Part shown: one piece after another, positions 1-7,748 of the stretch
Layout of the letters: each line of letters begins with the position of its first letter
Position numbering within the stretch: the first letter of the stretch is position 1
IMG/VR virus record: IMGVR_UViG_3300033475_000116
Coordinates: 1 to 30,509 of that record
DNA from: a virus
Taxonomy: Duplodnaviria > Caudoviricetes
DNA: 30,509 nucleotides
Direction: 5' to 3' (one strand)
Notes under the pieces: generated by a model
Databases searched by the model: none
Told to the model about the DNA's origin: nothing
The model's input: only the letters and a program-made list of their open reading frames with translations
Translations under genes and position numbers: made by a program

Positions 1-45
1 CTAGGATCATCCGTTCGGCCCATTGATGGTGACTTACGCGGTCTG

Positions 46-81
46 TATGATTCCAGTAGTGAATACGGAGCGTGACGCTCC
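46..81 (+). promoter_or_regulatory. putative -10 hexamer plus small hairpin
   Basis: TATGAT at 46-51; GGAGCG-tga-CGCTCC hairpin at 67-81 upstream of the first ORF. Confidence 0.35.
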
Positions 82-104
82 TGGCCATAGAAAGCTGGAC
101 AATA

Positions 105-263
105 ATGAGCGATGTCGATGAAGAGAAGAGGTTTCGGGAGCGGGTCACAGCCGTTTCTGATCTCGATCTGACCGACCACGAGTACGCCGAAACAGTGATG
201 GACATCGTTATGGATCTGCTGAAGGCTCAGACTGAGACGCGCCGATCTAACCGGATTACTTGA
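105..263 (+). CDS. hypothetical protein (acidic, ~52 aa)
   Basis: ORF 72..263; ATG at 105 preferred but start uncertain; same strand as downstream genes. Confidence 0.5.
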   Translation: MSDVDEEKRFRERVTAVSDLDLTDHEYAETVMDIVMDLLKAQTETRRSNRIT

Positions 264-329
264 CAGAGGTCAGGTTCCCGGGTAAAACCTAGAAGAACAA
301 ACCGTTTGTCGGATATTTATGGAGGCAGC

Positions 330-698
330 ATGAAGGCAACACTCCCACCGGAACTGCGAGCCAAAGCCCAGGAACTGATCCCCGAGTTCAACGCGGAACA
401 GTTCGTCGAAGACCTCGGCGGAGACGCTGAAGTGGTCTCGGTAGGCCAGGACATCGACAAGATGAAGAACATCATCGGCAACCTGATGCTCGGCATCGAA
501 GACTTCCGGACCAAGAACTGGAGTGACGACGCGATCGTCATGCAGTTCACCGCCGAGAACGTCGAAGCGGTTCAGATGCTCCTGCACGGCTTCGTCCCCG
601 ACGATGAGGATCAGTTGGACTACGAAGGCATCGCCATCTACCTGTCGGCAATGCTGACCGTCGCCCTCCAGGCTCTGGTGGACCACGCCAGTGAATGA
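330..698 (+). CDS. hypothetical protein
   Basis: GGAGG at 321-325 before ATG 330; GC3-rich codons; overlaps next ORF. Confidence 0.8.
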   Translation: MKATLPPELRAKAQELIPEFNAEQFVEDLGGDAEVVSVGQDIDKMKNIIGNLMLGIEDFRTKNWSDDAIVMQFTAENVEAVQMLLHGFVPDDEDQLDYEGIAIYLSAMLTVALQALVDHASE

Positions 699-930
699 GG
701 ATCGCCGTCAACTGACGGACATGTCGATCGACGAGATCAACAGCGCCACCCTGACGATCGTCCCCATGGTTCAGGATGAGCTCCCGGAGCGCGGCGAGCA
801 CGAAACCTACCTGACTCTGGCTTTCGAACTGTCAGAGAAAGCGACCAAGCATTTCGGCCCCAACGGTGTCGATGTGCTGGCACTCCAACTGGCCGCACTG
901 ATCGTCGCAACAGCACGAGACTCCCAGTAA
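691..930 (+). CDS. hypothetical protein
   Basis: GTG start overlapping the upstream stop by 8 nt; phage-like codon usage. Confidence 0.7.
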   Translation: MNEDRRQLTDMSIDEINSATLTIVPMVQDELPERGEHETYLTLAFELSEKATKHFGPNGVDVLALQLAALIVATARDSQ

Positions 931-937
931 CAAGACT

Positions 938-957
938 GGGACAAAGAAGGGACAAAC
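938..957 (+). repeat. tandem GGGACAAA repeat (11-bp period) over the RBS of the ParB-like gene
   Basis: GGGACAAA at 938-945 and 949-956; a third copy on the minus strand at 6848-6855. Confidence 0.7.
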
Positions 958-959
958 CT

Positions 960-1841
960 ATGTTTCCAGCAACAACCCCGCAAGTTAACGGGCTCCCCTA
1001 CCAGGGGCCACTGTCCGGGCTGACCTTCGTTGATCTGGTCGGCTACGAGTACGGGTTCGTTGAGGTCACCCCCGAGATCGCTCAGTCGTGGCTGGACCTG
1101 AACACCCGCAACCGGGCGAAGCGTAAGCGCAACATTGAGAAGTACACCAGCGACATGATCAAGGGTTTCTGGACCATCAATGGCGCCACGATCGTCTTCT
1201 CCGCCACGGACATTCTGCTCGACGGCCAGCACCGGCTGGAGTCCATCGTCACCTCCGGCACCTCCCAGTTCCTGTTCGTTTTCTGGGGTGTGAAGGATCT
1301 GAACGTGCAGGACACCATCGACACCGGCACCGCCCGCGCCCTGCGCGACCAGATGGTCATCAAGGGCCGGGAGAATGCCAACTACCTGTCGTCCACGGTC
1401 AGCCGGATCGTCGCAGTGGACAAGGGGATGCTTTCCTACGCGGAAGCCCCGACCCACCAGGAGGCTCTGGCTTTCCTGGAGGCCAACCCGGATGTTGTGC
1501 GTGCCGGTGAGATCGCGGCGATGGCTGGCAAGGCCCGCCTGCGCCTGTCCCCGGCTGCGGTTGGTGCGGCGTACTTCTACTGCGCCCGGATCAACCAGGA
1601 GTTCGCGGACGTGTGGTTCGAGTCCCAGGTGATCAAGGGCTTGGCCCTGATGCCCGGCGACCCGGCGAAGGCGTTCCGCGACCGGACCGAGGCGAACTTC
1701 CGGACCACCGGTAAGTCGTTCAACGCGCCGGACACCTACAACTATCTGGTCTCCTGCTGGAACGCTGCGCGTGACGGCCGGAAGCTGGAGAAGGCGGCCC
1801 AGCCGAAGGGTGGCTGGACGAAGCTGGTGCAGCCGAAGTGA
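960..1841 (+). CDS. ParB-like N-terminal domain protein (DGQHR motif)
   Basis: VEVTPEIAQSWL..N..NR....Y..DM..G.W and LLDGQHRL motifs; SD AAGAAGGGA. Confidence 0.75.
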   Translation: MFPATTPQVNGLPYQGPLSGLTFVDLVGYEYGFVEVTPEIAQSWLDLNTRNRAKRKRNIEKYTSDMIKGFWTINGATIVFSATDILLDGQHRLESIVTSGTSQFLFVFWGVKDLNVQDTIDTGTARALRDQMVIKGRENANYLSSTVSRIVAVDKGMLSYAEAPTHQEALAFLEANPDVVRAGEIAAMAGKARLRLSPAAVGAAYFYCARINQEFADVWFESQVIKGLALMPGDPAKAFRDRTEANFRTTGKSFNAPDTYNYLVSCWNAARDGRKLEKAAQPKGGWTKLVQPK

Positions 1842-1891
1842 GTGGGCTCATCATCGAAACGTCAGACGGAGAATTTTGGTACTTCTGTCAG

Positions 1892-2023
1892 CGGTGCGGT
1901 GATGCGGGGCTTTCCCGGGACAGTGAACAGGAAGCCCTGGACGACTCCCGGCTACACGAGTGCGAGAACTGAGCAAGACGGTGCGAGGACAGGCCGATCC
2001 GGGTTCGACTCCCGGCGCACCAC
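1892..2023 (+). ncRNA. tRNA-like structured element (acceptor stem + T-arm, no D or anticodon arm)
   Basis: T-arm CCGGG-TTCGACT-CCCGG at 1999-2015; 3' strand CGCACCA 2016-2022 pairs with CGGTGCG at 1979-1985 or 1892-1898; intergenic. Confidence 0.55.
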
Positions 2024-2623
2024 GTGGATGAAGAAGACAAGCAACGCTACCGAGAGCTCAGCATCGAGATCGGCAACGCGCTGATCGAACTGGGCTCCGA
2101 GACTATGGCCGAAAAGGTCTACGAGCACACCCGCCTGGCGCACCAGATGGCCCTGGAGGACACCCCCGAAGGTGTGGTTTCCCGGGACGGCATGGGCGAT
2201 GTGGTCAGTGAGGCGTGGGAGGAACTTGGTTTCCCCACCGTCAACCGAATGATCATGTTGGATTACTCGCTGATGCTGCTGCGGGTCGCTTTCAACGTGA
2301 TCCGCGAGGCTTACACCTTCGATGAGGCGATGTGGTATTTCAACTCATTCACCTCCGCCATCAAGGAATCCGACGAGGGCAAAGCCAACCAGGAGATCAA
2401 CCGGATCATCGGTCAGGAGGACCGCATGAGCGATAGCCACTTCAGCGATGAGGTCTGCTGCGTTTGTGGCGGCAAGCCCCACATCGGTGGCCAGTTCGAA
2501 GGCGAGACCGAGGTGCGAGTGTTCTGCCTGGAGCACTGCCCCGATGAGCTCAAGAAGTTCCTGCCGCTGGTCCAGGCGGTCAAGGAGAAGATGGCCGAGG
2601 TCAAACAGGACGACGATGCCTAA
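2024..2623 (+). CDS. hypothetical protein with C-terminal Cys-rich (possible Zn-binding) module
   Basis: 199-aa ORF; CCVC...CLEHC near the C-terminus; no SD at the GTG start; internal GGAGG-ATG at 2426. Confidence 0.7.
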   Translation: MDEEDKQRYRELSIEIGNALIELGSETMAEKVYEHTRLAHQMALEDTPEGVVSRDGMGDVVSEAWEELGFPTVNRMIMLDYSLMLLRVAFNVIREAYTFDEAMWYFNSFTSAIKESDEGKANQEINRIIGQEDRMSDSHFSDEVCCVCGGKPHIGGQFEGETEVRVFCLEHCPDELKKFLPLVQAVKEKMAEVKQDDDA

Positions 2624-2822
2624 GAAAAGGATCACCGTCACGTACAACGTGGGCTCGGCGGTGAACGTTGAGTCCTGGGAGTTCGAGGGCGACTACGAGA
2701 TTGAGCGGATCGCCGCCTACCCCGGGCCCAATGGCACCCGTAAGACCTTGATCAAAACTCCGGGCAGAGACTTCCACTGCGACTCGTACCAAATCAAGCT
2801 TGAGGATGTCTGGAATGAATGA
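2616..2822 (+). CDS. hypothetical protein (~68 aa)
   Basis: ATG 2616 (MPKKRITV) overlapping the upstream stop; 3' part of ORF 2448..2822. Confidence 0.65.
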   Translation: MPKKRITVTYNVGSAVNVESWEFEGDYEIERIAAYPGPNGTRKTLIKTPGRDFHCDSYQIKLEDVWNE

Positions 2823-3156
2823 CGACCTGCCACCGGAGCTTCAACTTCGCCACGTCACCAAACAGATCCTGGAACAGGACGCCGAGGTCCCGGAGGACCG
2901 GGGCGAGAAGGACGCGTTCATCTACGGCGACTTCTACGACGACAGTCTGCTCATGTCCCCCGATGAACTGATCGTCTGGCTCGAAGACCAGGTGTGCCTC
3001 TACAAAAACCAGTACAAGGCGGCGTGGGCTCTGGCCCAGTACATGATGGAACGCCGCAACGAGTACGAGCGAATGCTCGACCAGGCCCTTGATGCGCTGG
3101 TTGAACTGAAACCTGCACCGTGGTGGTGGAGGTTCAAAAGGAAGGGGAAGAAATGA
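2815..3156 (+). CDS. hypothetical protein with coiled-coil-like C-terminus
   Basis: ATG 2815 (or 2806) coupled to the upstream stop; ends PWWWRFKRKGKK. Confidence 0.7.
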   Translation: MNDDLPPELQLRHVTKQILEQDAEVPEDRGEKDAFIYGDFYDDSLLMSPDELIVWLEDQVCLYKNQYKAAWALAQYMMERRNEYERMLDQALDALVELKPAPWWWRFKRKGKK

Positions 3157-3641
3157 CGATTTATTACCCAGCAGAGCACAGGCATCTGCTTCCGGTGCTC
3201 TCGGAAGAGGAAGCACTAGAAGAGTTGATCCGGCTGTACGCCTGGGCATGGTCGCAGGACATTCTGCGCCGGGCCGGGCTGCCGTCAGAGTGGGACCAGG
3301 AGTCCTGGGCCACCGACAGGCTCAACTGTGGCACCTCGTGTTGCATCGCCGGTAAGGCTTTCCTTGACGGCGGCGGCAAGTTCTCGTTCCCGAAAGATCG
3401 GGACGATGACGGAGAGACCTTTACCTCGCACGGCAAAATCGACGACTTGATCCATGTCCCGATCGAGGAATGGGCAACCGCCTGGCTCGGTGGCGGGGAT
3501 GTGGGGCACGGCAACATAATCATGGCGATGTTCTCTGCGGACAACAGCCTCTCCGACATCCGCAACTACATCAAGCAGCGGACCGGCGTGGACCCGAAGA
3601 AGAAGATCCAGATGCGAGCCCGGGCGCACTCCCGTGACTAA
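3153..3641 (+). CDS. hypothetical phage protein (WxQxxW...CGTxxCxAG motif)
   Basis: ATGA overlap at 3153-3156; purine-rich SD; WDQESW..NCGTSCCIAG. Confidence 0.75.
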   Translation: MTIYYPAEHRHLLPVLSEEEALEELIRLYAWAWSQDILRRAGLPSEWDQESWATDRLNCGTSCCIAGKAFLDGGGKFSFPKDRDDDGETFTSHGKIDDLIHVPIEEWATAWLGGGDVGHGNIIMAMFSADNSLSDIRNYIKQRTGVDPKKKIQMRARAHSRD

Positions 3642-3942
3642 GTATTTGGTCAGCGTCGTGGTCGAAGACCCGGACGACTGGTTCGAGGGCAACCTGGAGC
3701 ACCTGGCTGAGGATGCCCACCGCTGGTTCGACGACTCTTGGATCTTGAATGATCCGGAGCTCGGTCCGGCCCGGGGTGGCGAGTTTGTCCACGCCTCATC
3801 TGAAGTGGTCCGGGTTACTGCGCTTCCGGCTCAGCCTTGCATTAACGGCTGCGGTGAGCTCGGCCCGCATTATGTTCCGCCGTCTCCGGGTGAAGCGGGA
3901 TTTTTTACCTGCACTCCGAAAGAATCGAAAGTGGCCGAGTAG
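3634..3942 (+). CDS. hypothetical protein
   Basis: GTG overlapping the upstream stop; CxxxC..H..C near the C-terminus. Confidence 0.6.
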   Translation: MTKYLVSVVVEDPDDWFEGNLEHLAEDAHRWFDDSWILNDPELGPARGGEFVHASSEVVRVTALPAQPCINGCGELGPHYVPPSPGEAGFFTCTPKESKVAE

Positions 3943-3975
3943 TCTGCTCATATCCGACTTTGAAAGGAATTGGAT

Positions 3976-4185
3976 ATGAAGGACAAAATTGAGCAGGAAG
4001 AGTTGTTTCTGACCACCCGAGAGGTGGCGGAGCGGTTCCGGGTCGATCAGGCCACAGTCATCAACTGGATCAAGAAGGGTCTGTTTGGTGACGGCAATGT
4101 GATCAAGACTCTGGGCGGCAACGGTCACTACCGGATCAGCAAGGAACGCGTCTTCTCGATTTTGAACGGTGAAACGGACAGCTAG
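3976..4185 (+). CDS. helix-turn-helix DNA-binding protein (excisionase/MerR-like)
   Basis: LTTREVAERFRVDQATVINWIKKG...TLGGNGHYRI; SD GAAAGGA. Confidence 0.85.
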   Translation: MKDKIEQEELFLTTREVAERFRVDQATVINWIKKGLFGDGNVIKTLGGNGHYRISKERVFSILNGETDS

Positions 4186-4228
4186 GCATTGCCAGTAACA
4201 AAATGGTGCGGTACCTTTGAGAGGAAGC

Positions 4229-4268
4229 GGAGCCCCTTCCCGTGCGTGCGAGGCCGGGTTGGGGCTCC
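4229..4268. terminator. hairpin between convergent operons (probable terminator or small RNA)
   Basis: GGAGCCCC (4229-4236) / GGGGCTCC (4261-4268) with inner CCCG/CGGG stem. Confidence 0.6.
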
Positions 4269-4275
4269 CTGCTTT

Positions 4276-6780
4276 CTATACCAGCTTGACCGTCTTCTTG
4301 GCCGATCCGCCAGCCGAGGTCTCCGACTCCACTACCTGGACCTGACCCTCGGCTGCCAGTTGAGCCAAGACATCGGCGTACATCGGCCTCAGCCGCGAGG
4401 GCATGGCTCGCCCCAACTCCCGGCTGTTCATTTCACCGCTGTTGCCAGCAAGCAACTCGATGATCTTCCGCTTGGCGTCCATGGTGTCAAAAAATTCGTG
4501 CCGGACGGCAACCCCGCGCTCTTGCGCGGCCTGAGCCTTGATCTTGTCCAGACTCTTCTTCCGGTTCGTTGTCTCGATGACACCGATGATCCGGGTCCGG
4601 TTGCTGTTTGACCGGTCCACGATCACACCGGCCAGCTTCCAGTCCTCCAGATTGACGTTCAACCGGCCGTCCAGGATGGCCAGGAGGGCTGCCACCTTCG
4701 TCTTGAGCAGCATGATGTGCGAGTCCAACTGGTCGATCTGAGCCTCGCCACGGACCTTCGCCAGGTCCGAAAGCTGGATCTCCGTGGTGATCTCGTCAGC
4801 GAAATGCAAATAGTAAGGCCGCGTCATCTGCTCGATGATCATCCCGCCACCGTCGACCGGGACCACCGGAGGGTGCCAGTTCAGTTCACCCGGCCACTGC
4901 GGCTTGTTCGGCAGATCCGGCACAGACGGGTCGATCGCAGAAAACCACAAGCATCGCTGCGGCGTACCACCCTCGGCATCGTTAAGAAGATCAGCGGCGA
5001 GGTTGTCCTGCACCCCGATGACCACGCCCATCGCGTAATGCGATCCAGGGACGACCCTGCGCCGCTCGGCGCTGGCGTTGAACTGGCCCAAGGTAGAGCC
5101 ACTAAATGCCGACCGAAGTGTCTGGAGCAGTGTCGAGCCAGCGCGGCGTGCGAGTTGCCCGAGCACCTGGCCCTCGTCCAGGTAGAAAAACGCGTTGTGC
5201 CGGTTGAGCTTGCGGACCTGCTTGTGCCGGGTAACACCACGGGCATCCTGAGTTTCCACCTCTTCCTCGCCGTAGAACGCTTCAGCGATGCCCTCGCCCG
5301 TACCAACGGGCAACTGGTCAGCAAAATCCTCCGGCGCCTCCAGCAGGCGCAGCGCCACCTCGTTAGCGGTCGACTTACCGACCCCGGACGGTGCCACCAC
5401 CACGGAGAAAATGGTTAGTGATGACGGGGCGCCAACGATCGCAGGGACCCGCAGTCGATGAGAGCACAGGGCAGCCACCCTGGCCAGGACCACACCCAGA
5501 ACAGCCTCCGCTGAACGCTGCTGAGCGTGCGCCGCCTGCTTGATGTGCTTCAGATAGTCCCGCTGGTCCCAGAAGTCCTCCCCCAACGGGTTCGGTCCGG
5601 GCGCCGCCTGGGGCGGCTGGTCTTTTGGGGCGGGTTGCTCCCATCGCCACGAGTCATCAAACTCCAGCGTCGTGGTCTGGTCCCCGTAGCCGAGCTCCTT
5701 GAGCCTGCGGGCTGCGGCTTTCATGTCACCGTTGTGGTGGTAGACGGAGTAGACGTACGGCTTCGAGTAGGCCCGGTTGTGGATGTTGGACGCCGGAAAC
5801 TCCGCGACGGAAGTGGAGAACACCCACAGCCCATCCTCCAGCCCGTCCCTGACCCCGGTGGAGGCACTGTGGCCATCGTGGCGGTTCTTGCCTGGCCGGA
5901 CCCAGAAAATCTCGTCGCCGCGACTGTGGCTGTACTCCCAGCCTTGACCACCGAGAAGGAGACGGTCATCCCAGGACGTTCGCTGAGCAAAGTCATCAAA
6001 TGGGGACAATCCGGACGAAACGTATTGGCGTGTGGGAGCAGCAGGGGCAATCTTTTTCGGCGCCGGGATTGCACCGGCCAAAGAATCAAGAATGCTCTCC
6101 ATGGAAAACATCCGGCCGTCAGTGTCGGTGTTCAACAGGTGGCAGGGCCGGGGTAGATCCTCCACCTTGCGGTTGATCGTCCCCGGAATCCGGAGCACCC
6201 GGGCCATGTCGTGGGTGCCGCGCTCATAGTTGAGTCCGATCGACGCAGCCCCATTGTGAAGGGCTTCGTGCCAGAGCCGAGAAATCTCGGTCAGGTCGCT
6301 AACGTCACCACCGAACTGGTGCGGCTCAGTCAGCAGCCACCAGGCGTACCAGCCGCCACCGGATTCAATCCAGCGGGTTGGCATTGGGAGGCGTGCCGCC
6401 TCGATGATCGCAGTAGCTGCCGCGAAATCTTTCGGGAGCCCTGTCGCTGCGTGGCCCGGTCCTTCTCGATCAATATCTGCCCACAGGCCAGGCAGACTAG
6501 CCGAATCTGTGTCAAGTCCACGACGGCCCGGCGCCGGAGCGACAAGGAGGGTAGTAGATCGAACATAGATGCCCTTGACCTTCAGTCGATCCAGGTAGCC
6601 GATGTGGTCGAGCATGGCCTGGGTCTCTTCCCAGGACCGGATGTTGAACGTCTTCCCGGACCAGTCTTCGTTGTTGACCACGTTGACGAGTCCACGGCTG
6701 GCACCGTGAAGAGTTTCAATCCATTCTTGGGCCTGGTCAGGGTGCCAAACTGGTGATGTTGCACCATTTCCCTGTATCAT
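4276..6780 (-). CDS. DNA primase-helicase fusion (RepB/AEP-like primase + P-loop NTPase)
   Basis: LWADID, ESGGGWYAWW, D.ARVLRIPGTIN primase motifs; Walker A APSGVGKS and Walker B FFYLDE; SD AAAGGTAGG before ATG 6780. Confidence 0.85.
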   Translation of the reverse strand: MIQGNGATSPVWHPDQAQEWIETLHGASRGLVNVVNNEDWSGKTFNIRSWEETQAMLDHIGYLDRLKVKGIYVRSTTLLVAPAPGRRGLDTDSASLPGLWADIDREGPGHAATGLPKDFAAATAIIEAARLPMPTRWIESGGGWYAWWLLTEPHQFGGDVSDLTEISRLWHEALHNGAASIGLNYERGTHDMARVLRIPGTINRKVEDLPRPCHLLNTDTDGRMFSMESILDSLAGAIPAPKKIAPAAPTRQYVSSGLSPFDDFAQRTSWDDRLLLGGQGWEYSHSRGDEIFWVRPGKNRHDGHSASTGVRDGLEDGLWVFSTSVAEFPASNIHNRAYSKPYVYSVYHHNGDMKAAARRLKELGYGDQTTTLEFDDSWRWEQPAPKDQPPQAAPGPNPLGEDFWDQRDYLKHIKQAAHAQQRSAEAVLGVVLARVAALCSHRLRVPAIVGAPSSLTIFSVVVAPSGVGKSTANEVALRLLEAPEDFADQLPVGTGEGIAEAFYGEEEVETQDARGVTRHKQVRKLNRHNAFFYLDEGQVLGQLARRAGSTLLQTLRSAFSGSTLGQFNASAERRRVVPGSHYAMGVVIGVQDNLAADLLNDAEGGTPQRCLWFSAIDPSVPDLPNKPQWPGELNWHPPVVPVDGGGMIIEQMTRPYYLHFADEITTEIQLSDLAKVRGEAQIDQLDSHIMLLKTKVAALLAILDGRLNVNLEDWKLAGVIVDRSNSNRTRIIGVIETTNRKKSLDKIKAQAAQERGVAVRHEFFDTMDAKRKIIELLAGNSGEMNSRELGRAMPSRLRPMYADVLAQLAAEGQVQVVESETSAGGSAKKTVKLV

Positions 6781-6827
6781 TGGACCTACCTTTCTAGGGA
6801 CTGCCAAAGCCCTTTCATGAGGTTAGC

Positions 6828-6872
6828 GAGACCCCCGGTTATCGAAGTTTGTCCCTTCTTGCCGGGGGTCTC
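6828..6872. promoter_or_regulatory. 11-bp perfect inverted repeat with 23-nt loop
   Basis: GAGACCCCCGG (6828-6838) / CCGGGGGTCTC (6862-6872), between the SSB-like gene and the primase-helicase. Confidence 0.8.
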
Positions 6873-6886
6873 ACACTGTCTGAGGG

Positions 6887-7747
6887 CTAGTAGCCCGGCT
6901 GATCCGGAGCCATCGGCGCCGGAGGCGGACCCTGCCGGTTACGAAGCTGATCCAGAAGACTGGTTCCCTGAGAGTACGCCGCGTTCGGGTCCGCTGGGGC
7001 CACCTGAACGGGTGGCTGCGGAGCCTGTTGCACTGCCTGCGGAGGTACCTGCGGTTGGGGCTGGGCACCCTGCGGAAGGTAAGCCTCAACGATCCACTGG
7101 TTCACCGGGAACTGGCTGACCGGATCGAAGTAGGCGGTGCAGGTGAAGAACACCGCGAGCCCGGGCATCGGCTTCTGCTTCCGGCCGGTCAACTCTTCGA
7201 TCTTGCCGATAAGCTGCCGCTCCTGGAAGTTCTTGGTGCTGTACTTGCGCACCCCGTTGTCGTCCGGGCCCTCCCGGACATCAGTCTGGAGCGTCAGCAC
7301 CGTCTCGAACATGGCACGGTTCGCCTTGTCCAGCTTGGGGCGCCAGCGACCGTTGACCTGCTCCGACTGCTGGCGGGTCTCCGCAGAGATCACCACACCA
7401 CCGAACCGGTAGCCGATCTGCGGCTTCTGACCCCGGATTGCCGGACCCGGGTAAGGCCGCAGGAACGGGATCTTGGGAGCGTTCGGGTCGCTACCCCGCA
7501 GACTTTCGTAGTAGTCGTCCGGCGCGTTCTCCCACTCCGGCTCCGGCTGCTGCGGCTGGAAGTTGCCACCGTTCTGGTACTGCGGCGGGTACTGCGGATA
7601 CTGCGGCTGAACAAACTGCGGCGGTGCTGGCGGAGCACTCGGCTGCGGGTACTGCGGCTGGGCCGGGACACCTGGCGGGTAGCCCCAAATGGGCGATCCG
7701 TCCTGGTTGTACCCAATCACCTGCGGTTGCGAATTTGGATACGTCAT
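6887..7747 (-). CDS. putative single-stranded DNA-binding protein with Pro/Gln-rich termini
   Basis: beta-rich core (FGGVVISAETRQQ...VLTLQTD..DDNGVR) resembling actinophage SSBs; lies between exonuclease and primase. Confidence 0.6.
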   Translation of the reverse strand: MTYPNSQPQVIGYNQDGSPIWGYPPGVPAQPQYPQPSAPPAPPQFVQPQYPQYPPQYQNGGNFQPQQPEPEWENAPDDYYESLRGSDPNAPKIPFLRPYPGPAIRGQKPQIGYRFGGVVISAETRQQSEQVNGRWRPKLDKANRAMFETVLTLQTDVREGPDDNGVRKYSTKNFQERQLIGKIEELTGRKQKPMPGLAVFFTCTAYFDPVSQFPVNQWIVEAYLPQGAQPQPQVPPQAVQQAPQPPVQVAPADPNAAYSQGTSLLDQLRNRQGPPPAPMAPDQPGY

Positions 7748-7748
7748 G

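Noticed and set aside
960-1841. Dnd phosphorothioation system
   Set aside because: Only the DGQHR motif is present; no dndA/C/D/E-like genes
1892-2023. Canonical tRNA or tmRNA gene
   Set aside because: No D or anticodon arm can be built, and it is too short for tmRNA and lacks the G:U alanine acceptor; kept only as tRNA-like
1842-2084. 80-aa ORF across the spacer
   Set aside because: No SD, atypical composition, overlaps ORF 2024 out of frame and covers the structured element
3976-4185. Excisionase marking an integration cassette
   Set aside because: No integrase or att pair visible; such HTH genes are common stand-alone regulators
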